Assembly: GCA_041484665.1 (NCBI GenBank)
Contig: JBGPIA010000002.1
Span: forward strand, 192,001 to 256,000
Direction: 5' to 3'
Source: Candidatus Krumholzibacteriia bacterium
GTDB lineage: Bacteria; Krumholzibacteriota; Krumholzibacteriia; JAJRXK01
DNA length: 64,000 nucleotides
Part shown: positions 57,581-64,000 of the stretch, one piece after another
How positions within the stretch are numbered: position 1 is the first letter of the stretch
How the letters are laid out: each line of letters begins with the position of its first letter
Program-made: the position numbers and the translations under genes
Notes under the pieces: model-generated
Databases searched by the model: none
Told to the model about the DNA's origin: nothing
The model's input: the letters and a program-made list of their open reading frames with translations, nothing else

Positions 57581-58813
57581 TCAGGAGGTCCCAGCGCGGG
57601 CCTCCTGGTACAGCTGCATGATGCGCTCCAGATGCTCCTGGGGCGCGTGACGCCGCTCGACGAAGCGGCGCGCCTCCTTCCCCATCGCCGCGCACCGCTG
57701 GGGGCTCTCCATCATCGCCGCCAGTCCGCCGGCCCAGGCGTCCACATCGCCCGCTGGCAGCAGGCGCCCGGTGCGCTCCTCCTGCACCAGCTCGGGCAAT
57801 CCTCCCAGCCGCGAGGCCAGCACGGGCTTGCCCGAGGCGAACGCCTCGAGCACCACCAGAGGACAGTTCTCGTAGCACGCGCTGGGCATGACCAGCAGGC
57901 GCGCCCCGCGGTACAGCGCGCGCAGCCGCTCGCCGCCGCAATGTCCCAGGAACTGCACGTTCGACCAGCCTTCACGCGCCGCGAGCTGTTGCAAGGGAGT
58001 CTCCAGCTCGCCGCTGCCGGCGATCTTCAGCGGCACGCGCGCCCGCGCTGCCGCCCGCAACAACGTTTCCACGCCCTTCTCGGGATCGAGCCGCCCGACG
58101 AACAAAGCAAAGCCATCGTCGCCCTGCGCCGGCGAGTGCGCGTCCAGATCGACCGGGTTGGGCACGACTTCGATGCGCGCCGGGCGCAGGCCGTGCTCCA
58201 GGATCTTGTCGCGCAGGAACTGACTGGGGGCGATCAGCAGCCGCGCACGCTCGTAGACCCGCCAGATCCGGTGCAGGTAGAGCTCGACGGTGACGATGGC
58301 ACTGGCCCCCAGGCTCCCCCGCTTGCAACGCGTGCGCAGCGCATGGTGGAACCGGCCGTGGCGGCACAGCTCGCAGATCGCCCCCTCGCGCAGCATGCGC
58401 GTGGTGGGGCAGACCGACTTGAGGTCGTGCAGCGTCCACACCACCGGCACATTGCGCCGGTAGAGCTCCAAGACGACCGAGGCCGTCAGGTGGTGCATCA
58501 CGGAGTGCAAGTGGGCCAGCTCGACGGGCTGCTCGGCCAATAGCGCCGCCAGCCGCCGCCGCGCCTGGCGGTTGTAGATCGAGGTGGTCAGGACCTTGAG
58601 CGCCCCGCGCACCCCGCGCTGCGCCATCAGGCTGGGGTAATCCACCTCGTCGGCGAACCAGCGCTCGTGCTGCGAGGGAAGATTGCGCGCCTCGCGCATG
58701 GCGAAGGGAACTACGCGGTGGCCCGCTGCGGTCAGGCGCTCCGAAAGATCCAGGGCGTGGCGGCTATCGCCGCCGCGCGCGTAATGATAGGTGTTGACCA
58801 TCAGGATGTTCAT
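57581..58813 (-). CDS. Glycosyltransferase family 4
   Basis: HYARGGD, WTLHD..CP, CELC, VGRLDPEKG, PSACYENCPLVVLEAF. Confidence 0.9.
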   Translation of the reverse strand: MNILMVNTYHYARGGDSRHALDLSERLTAAGHRVVPFAMREARNLPSQHERWFADEVDYPSLMAQRGVRGALKVLTTSIYNRQARRRLAALLAEQPVELAHLHSVMHHLTASVVLELYRRNVPVVWTLHDLKSVCPTTRMLREGAICELCRHGRFHHALRTRCKRGSLGASAIVTVELYLHRIWRVYERARLLIAPSQFLRDKILEHGLRPARIEVVPNPVDLDAHSPAQGDDGFALFVGRLDPEKGVETLLRAAARARVPLKIAGSGELETPLQQLAAREGWSNVQFLGHCGGERLRALYRGARLLVMPSACYENCPLVVLEAFASGKPVLASRLGGLPELVQEERTGRLLPAGDVDAWAGGLAAMMESPQRCAAMGKEARRFVERRHAPQEHLERIMQLYQEARAGTS

Positions 58814-60321
58814 CGAGCGGAGGTCCGCAGGGTGGCAGCCGAGCGCATCCACGGCGACCGCGGCAGGCCCAGCCCGCGCAGGACCAAGGGCGCGATGTCG
58901 GCCAGGCCGGGCGGGTCGGCGAGCTCCTCGCCGGAGTCGCCGGCCAGGTCCAGCGACGTGTAGAGCACGCCGTCCAGCTTGTGGCCGCCGGAGATCTTGC
59001 GATGCGTGGTGTTGGTGGCCACGACGTCGCCGAACAGGTCCCACCCGGTGCCATATTCGCTCTCCAGCAGGAACAGCAGGTCTGGGTAGCGCTCCAGGCA
59101 GGCCCCCGGGCCCATGGCCTCCTCGCGCCGGCGGATCCAGCGGAAGACCGGAGCTCCCGTGCGCGGGTCGCGCACGTCGCGCAGCGCCGCGATCACTGCG
59201 TCGCATACGGCATCGTAGACTTGGCCCTGCGCCTCGACGCGCGCGCGGTCGACCGCCACGCCACCGCAGGCGCTTGTCCCTGCGAAATGCGGCGTGTAGA
59301 CCGCGGTGGCGCCATCCTCCACCAGGAACGAGGACTTCTTGAGCTCGCGCGCCCGCGGCACGAGCTTGGCGATGCGGTACGTCACGTCGGCCATGTCGAG
59401 GCGGTCGAGCGCGCTCATCGCGGCGCGCTTGGCCTTCTGCAGCAGGCGGCGCGGGTGCAGTGGGTTGCGTCCTCGGGCCCGTGTCTTCAGCCAGCCCGCG
59501 CGGCGCAGCACCTCGTTGACGTTGACCACTTTCGTGCAACGGCGGCCGTGGCCGTGGTCGCTGAGCACCATCACGTCGGCGCCCGGTCCGGCAGCTTCGA
59601 TCGTCTCACCCACGATGCGGTCGAACAGGCGGTAGAATTCCAGGATTACCGGCTGGTGCACGGTGCGCCCGGGGTACGTTGGATCCTGCTCGTCGTGATA
59701 CCGCCAGAAGAAATGCTCGATGCGATCCAGCGTCAGGTATGTGGTGAAGAACAGGTCCCACGGACCGTGGTCTCGAAGCAGCGTGAGCGAAAACCGGTGC
59801 TGCGCCAGCGTGTAGTCCAGGGTCGTGCGTCCGAACAGGCCGAGGTTCGCCTTGGTGGGGAAGTCAACGATCCCACCCATGCTCGGCAGCGGGAGCTGCG
59901 CTGCGAGCTCTGGCGGCTCCACGCGCTCGCTCTGATCCTTCACAAAGACAGGTCCGCTCGCCATCACGCCATTGACCGGCCACGGCGGGAAGGCCATGAA
60001 GGGATTCACGATCCCCACGCGCCGCCCTGCGGCGGACGCTACGTCCCAGAAGGTCCTTCCGCGAAACACCGAGGTGTCGATGGCGAAGTCCTTGTGGTCC
60101 TTCTTGTAGTAGTCGATCGCGTCGAGGATCCCATGCTCCACGGGTGGGATCCCCGTGAAGATGGTGATCCACGAGGGGATCGAGTCGGTCGGGAAAACCG
60201 AGCGCAGCGGCCCGCCGTAGCCGCGCGGGCGCAATGCCCGCAAAACCGGCAGCTCGCCCAGGTGCGCGTCGACGAAGTCGGCGTCCATGCCGTCGATGCC
60301 GATGATCACAAGCCTGCGCAT
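58810..60321 (-). CDS. Alkaline phosphatase superfamily protein (type I phosphodiesterase/nucleotide pyrophosphatase-like)
   Basis: IIGIDG, DSIPSWITIFTG..HG (Ser nucleophile), DRIEHFFW, SDHGH, GGHKLDG; SD AAGGAG before ATG 60321. Confidence 0.85.
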   Translation of the reverse strand: MRRLVIIGIDGMDADFVDAHLGELPVLRALRPRGYGGPLRSVFPTDSIPSWITIFTGIPPVEHGILDAIDYYKKDHKDFAIDTSVFRGRTFWDVASAAGRRVGIVNPFMAFPPWPVNGVMASGPVFVKDQSERVEPPELAAQLPLPSMGGIVDFPTKANLGLFGRTTLDYTLAQHRFSLTLLRDHGPWDLFFTTYLTLDRIEHFFWRYHDEQDPTYPGRTVHQPVILEFYRLFDRIVGETIEAAGPGADVMVLSDHGHGRRCTKVVNVNEVLRRAGWLKTRARGRNPLHPRRLLQKAKRAAMSALDRLDMADVTYRIAKLVPRARELKKSSFLVEDGATAVYTPHFAGTSACGGVAVDRARVEAQGQVYDAVCDAVIAALRDVRDPRTGAPVFRWIRRREEAMGPGACLERYPDLLFLLESEYGTGWDLFGDVVATNTTHRKISGGHKLDGVLYTSLDLAGDSGEELADPPGLADIAPLVLRGLGLPRSPWMRSAATLRTSAR

Positions 60322-60382
60322 GTCGCTCCTTGCGGCGCCAAGCTCGTCGCCGTTCATCACGAAGCGGCGGGGCCGCAGTCTA

Positions 60383-61090
60383 TCACACCGTCGCCGGGCC
60401 GCCTCCCGGGCCCGCAGCGGCAATCAGGACCCGGGCCACGTCGCGGGCCACCTCCTCGCGGGGCCGGCCGGCGTCGACCACGCCCAGCCCGAGACGGCGC
60501 GCCAGCTCCAGATACAACGACCGGCGGTCCTGTAGGTACGCCAGCGGGGTCCCATCGTTCTTTCGCTGATACCCGGCCTCGGCGTCCAGATCGAGCACGA
60601 CGCCGCCCCGCGGCCGCGGAAAGAGCCGGTTCAAGGGATGGCCCCTCAAGCGCTCTACCCCGCCCTCACCCTCGCCGAAGTTCATCGCCAGATCGATCCA
60701 GACGTCGGGCAGGTAGCGGTCGCACACGACGAAACGCCCGCGCAGCAACGCCGGTCCCAACCGCCACCAGACCTGGGGCAGGTACTCCAGGAGCACGGCC
60801 GCCGTCCACAGCGCACGTGCCCACTGGCGGCGGAAGATGCGCTGCTTCCCCCCGCGAAAGTCCCGGTAGCCAGCATCGTCGCTGGGTCGCGCGGAGCCCG
60901 GGGCGCCGCCCCGGGCGAGCCCCCGCCGCGCCAGCGCCATCAGCGGCGCGGTGAGCTTGGGCTCCCAGCGCGCCCAACGGTAGATCCAGCGCGCGTCCTG
61001 GCCGCGCGCGCTGCGCACGAATGCCTCGGCCTGCGTGGTCTTCCCCGACCCGTCAATCCCGCCGACGTAGAGCAGCCGCCCGCGCGCCAT
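60383..61090 (-). CDS. Thymidylate-kinase-like P-loop kinase
   Basis: GGIDGSGKTT P-loop, VVCDRY motif, lid region YQRKND; TGATG overlap with the upstream GT. Confidence 0.78.
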   Translation of the reverse strand: MARGRLLYVGGIDGSGKTTQAEAFVRSARGQDARWIYRWARWEPKLTAPLMALARRGLARGGAPGSARPSDDAGYRDFRGGKQRIFRRQWARALWTAAVLLEYLPQVWWRLGPALLRGRFVVCDRYLPDVWIDLAMNFGEGEGGVERLRGHPLNRLFPRPRGGVVLDLDAEAGYQRKNDGTPLAYLQDRRSLYLELARRLGLGVVDAGRPREEVARDVARVLIAAAGPGGGPATV

Positions 61091-62130
61091 CAGTCTGCTG
61101 CCCCCTGGACGCCAGCCAGGAGCCTCGCCACCGTGGCATCCCACCCGAAGCGCTGCACGAGCGCGCGCGTGGCGCAGCGCTGAGCCTCGACGGCCGCCAC
61201 CGCGCCGGCCAAGGGCGCCGTGTCCTGCAGAAATACCAGCCCGTCGCCCTCCAGGAAATGGTCGCCCAGTGCCCCGAAGCGGGTTGTCACCACGCGCAGC
61301 CCGCACGCCATCGCCTCCAGGACCGAGAGCGGGAACGCGATGCTGCCCTCGTCGTCGCGCACCGGGAAGAGGTAGACGTCGGCCGCTTGGTAGAGCTGCT
61401 CGACCTGTGGGAAGAACTCCCGGCGCAGGTCCACGCCCGCGCTGCGCAGCTGTTCCACCAGCGCCGGGTCGACGGAGGTGGCCGTGCTGGCCGCCATCAC
61501 CACGTGCGTGGACGGCAGGCGCGCCGCCTCGCACAGGCGCTCCAGGCCGCGGTGCGCGGACAGATGCCCGACGTGGAGCACCACCCGCCGGTCCTGTGGC
61601 CAGCCGAGCATCTGGCGCAGCCGATGTCGGGCGTCGGATCCGACGGGCGCGAAGCGCTGCAGGTCCACACCAGCATCCACGAGAGAGACCGCGAACCCCA
61701 GCCGCCGATACTGCTCCAGGCTGGCCCGCGACAGCACGACCAGGCGGGCCGGACGCACCCAGGGCAGTAGCCACCGCGCAAGGCGGCCGTAGCCGCGGTG
61801 CTGCAGGCTGATCAGCGCCACCTTGGCCCGCGGCAGCGCGCGCTCCAGGCGCTTGCAGCGCAGCAGGGCATTGAACGTGGCGCACGCCGACGGGACGTAC
61901 AGTGCGAGCTCGGGCGCCAGCGTCGCAAGCTCGTGGCGCAGTGCTGGGGTCACGAGCCCCTTGCCCATGGCCACGCGCACCGCGGGCAGTCCGCTGGGCG
62001 CCTGCCCTCTCTCGTACAGGGCGATGAGCTGGTGGTCGCGGGCCAAGCGCTCCACCAGGTGGGTCACGAACTTGAGCAGCCCCTCATCGGCACGCTCCGA
62101 CCATCGTTCCGAGATGACGGCGATCCTCAC
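61090..62130 (-). CDS. Glycosyltransferase family 4
   Basis: AGVDLQRFAP, LHVGHL, YQAADVYLFP, PLSVLEAMACG; GTGA overlap. Confidence 0.85.
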   Translation of the reverse strand: MRIAVISERWSERADEGLLKFVTHLVERLARDHQLIALYERGQAPSGLPAVRVAMGKGLVTPALRHELATLAPELALYVPSACATFNALLRCKRLERALPRAKVALISLQHRGYGRLARWLLPWVRPARLVVLSRASLEQYRRLGFAVSLVDAGVDLQRFAPVGSDARHRLRQMLGWPQDRRVVLHVGHLSAHRGLERLCEAARLPSTHVVMAASTATSVDPALVEQLRSAGVDLRREFFPQVEQLYQAADVYLFPVRDDEGSIAFPLSVLEAMACGLRVVTTRFGALGDHFLEGDGLVFLQDTAPLAGAVAAVEAQRCATRALVQRFGWDATVARLLAGVQGAAD

Positions 62131-64000
62131 GCGCGGCGCGCTCCGGACGTGGCCGCCCGCACCTGGGCGCTGCGGTGCCACAGCTCGAACATCATCAGCG
62201 ACCACAGCAATGGCGAGTAGTCCCGCCCCCCCATGTGCAGCTTGAGCAGTCGGCGGGTGTACGCGCCATCGAGCCAGCCAGCCTCGGCCGCGGTGCTGGC
62301 CTCCAGCGTGTCGCGCAACAGCTCGCGCAGCGGCCCGCGCAACCATTGCTCCGTGGGGATCCCGAAGCCTGTCTTGGGGCGGTCCAGGTGTCCGGGCGGC
62401 AGCAGCTGCCGGCCGAGCTCCCGCAACAGCAGCTTGCCATGGACGCCGTCGTTCTTGAGCGCGGCGGGGAGATTGAGCCCCAGCTCGACGATGCGATAGT
62501 CCAGCAGCGGCCCGCGCACCTCCAGGGAGTGCTGCATGCTCATCTTATCCACCTTCTCCAGCACGTCGTTGGGAAGGTAGAGCGTCAGGTCCTGGTGCTG
62601 GAAACGCAGCACTCCACCTTCCGCCTCGAACTCGCCCCCGGCCCCCATCCCCAGGCGCACGCTGTCGAACGCCTCGGCGTCGCGCCGCACCCGCTCGCCG
62701 GCCAGGCGGCGCTTGAGCCGGTCCTCGGCCAGCACCAGGCAGTCGACCTGGAACTCGGCGTCACTGAGCCCCAGACGGCGCAGCCGCTGCGCTCCCGGCA
62801 ACGTCGGCGCGATCGCCCGCGAGACCCCGCGCGCCAACGCCCCGGCCACGCTGGCGCCGTCGGCTTGCAACGCGCGCCGCTGAAAGAGCGTGTGGCGCTG
62901 GTAGCCGGCGAAGACCTCGTCGCCCCCGTCGCCGGCCAGTGCCACGGTGACGTAGCGGCGGGCAGTCTCGCACACCGACCAGGTGGGAACGGCGGAGGAG
63001 TCGCCGAAGGGCTGGTCGAACGCCGCAGCGATGCGCGGCACCAGATCGGCGATCTGGGGACGGCAAACGATCTCGGTGTGCCGCGTGCCATATTTCTCCG
63101 CGACTCGCCGCGCCCAAGGGAGCTCGTCGTGGCTCTCCTCCTCGAATCCCACCGAGAACGTGCGCACCGCCTCGGCGCAGTGCCGCGCCATGAACGCTGT
63201 GACCAGCCCCGAGTCGATCCCGCCACTGAGCAACACCCCCAGGGGGACTTCGGACTCCAGACGAATGCGCGTGGCGTCGTCGAGCAGCTCCCCCAGAGCT
63301 GCGACCGCTTCGGGCAGCGTGCGGGGCGCGTCGGGGCGACGGCGCACGCTCCAGTAGCGTTCCATGCGCGCGCGGCCGTCGCGCAGCGTCAGGCAGTGGG
63401 CCGGTGGCAACGCGCGAACGGCCCGGTAGATCGTGCGCGGCGCGGGGACGAAGCCGTAGGTCAGATAATCGCCCACCGCCGCGGGATCGACCTCGTCGTC
63501 GACCTCGGGATCGCAAAGGATGGCCTTGATTTCGCTGCCGAAGACCGCGCGGCGATCGTCCAGGGCATAGTAGAGGGGCTTCACGCCCAGCCGGTCGCGC
63601 GCCAGCAGGAGGCTGCCCTCCTGGCGATCGTGGATCGCGAAGGCGAACATCCCGTTGATGTGGGCAAGCAGCCCGCTGCCGTGGCGCTCGTAGAGGGCCA
63701 GCACCACCTCGGTGTCGCTTCGCGTGGTGAACGTCGCACCTTCGGCCTCGAGCTGGTGGCGGAGCGCGCGGAAGTTGTAGATCTCGCCGTTGAAGACGAT
63801 GGCGTAGCGGTCGCCCGCGTAGGTCATGGGCTGGTGGCCACCGGCCACGTCGATGATGGACAACCGTGCGAATGCCAGGGCGGCCTGGCCGCGCTGGGCG
63901 ATGCCCGTGTCGTCGGGACCGCGGTGATGCAGGACCGCCGCCATGCGCCCCAGCAGATCCAGTGGGGCCGCCTGGGTTCCACCGCCGCCGTGGAGCTCGA
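62127..64000 (-). CDS. asnB: Second asparagine synthase family amidotransferase, 5'-truncated by window edge
   Basis: HRGPDD, RLSIID, FNGEIYN, RDRLGVKPLYY, LSGGIDS, GDGGDE, KVDKMSM, KTGF; frame open to the window end. Confidence 0.92.
   Translation of the reverse strand, partial: ELHGGGGTQAAPLDLLGRMAAVLHHRGPDDTGIAQRGQAALAFARLSIIDVAGGHQPMTYAGDRYAIVFNGEIYNFRALRHQLEAEGATFTTRSDTEVVLALYERHGSGLLAHINGMFAFAIHDRQEGSLLLARDRLGVKPLYYALDDRRAVFGSEIKAILCDPEVDDEVDPAAVGDYLTYGFVPAPRTIYRAVRALPPAHCLTLRDGRARMERYWSVRRRPDAPRTLPEAVAALGELLDDATRIRLESEVPLGVLLSGGIDSGLVTAFMARHCAEAVRTFSVGFEEESHDELPWARRVAEKYGTRHTEIVCRPQIADLVPRIAAAFDQPFGDSSAVPTWSVCETARRYVTVALAGDGGDEVFAGYQRHTLFQRRALQADGASVAGALARGVSRAIAPTLPGAQRLRRLGLSDAEFQVDCLVLAEDRLKRRLAGERVRRDAEAFDSVRLGMGAGGEFEAEGGVLRFQHQDLTLYLPNDVLEKVDKMSMQHSLEVRGPLLDYRIVELGLNLPAALKNDGVHGKLLLRELGRQLLPPGHLDRPKTGFGIPTEQWLRGPLRELLRDTLEASTAAEAGWLDGAYTRRLLKLHMGGRDYSPLLWSLMMFELWHRSAQVRAATSGARRA

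Overview
High-GC bacterial chromosome segment from a diderm: DnaK carries the Gram-negative insert, and a short RpoD-family sigma factor plus the gene order suggest an FCB-associated lineage (inference). Almost all genes are on the minus strand. From left to right: (i) an exopolysaccharide export/precursor unit with a truncated Wzc/GumC-like chain-length protein, a UDP-HexNAc epimerase, a UDP-HexNAc dehydrogenase and a GAF-GGDEF diguanylate cyclase behind a sigma-54-type promoter; (ii) tRNA-Arg; (iii) a long housekeeping run transcribed tRNA-Val, thrS, L20 leader, infC (ATT start), rpmI, rplT, pheST, zapB/zapA, 6S RNA, ymdB, folD, ispA, DUF212, dxs, nadK, recN, trpEGDCFB, with no trpA, rny or xseAB; (iv) moaD/moaE, a sigma factor and a solitary dnaK with sigma-54-like promoter architecture; (v) two glycosyltransferases, tRNA-Gly/Cys/Leu and a SPOR lipoprotein; (vi) a heavily tailored glycan cluster of at least 28 kb (35.7 kb to beyond the window end). 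That cluster holds a priming sugar transferase, a Gfo/DegT amino-sugar pair, RmlD, 7 GT4 enzymes, two AsnB amidotransferases, a radical SAM/SPASM enzyme, a TMK-like kinase with an AlkP-family enzyme, SGNH and deacetylase-like proteins, a CrtE-like prenyl synthase with a degenerate AlkP-fold membrane protein, and a free-standing adenylation domain + carrier protein + left-handed beta-helix acyltransferase module. This last module is the best candidate for an undescribed system. No CRISPR array, IS element, integrase or rRNA was seen. All functional calls rest on motif recognition by eye; no database search was run.
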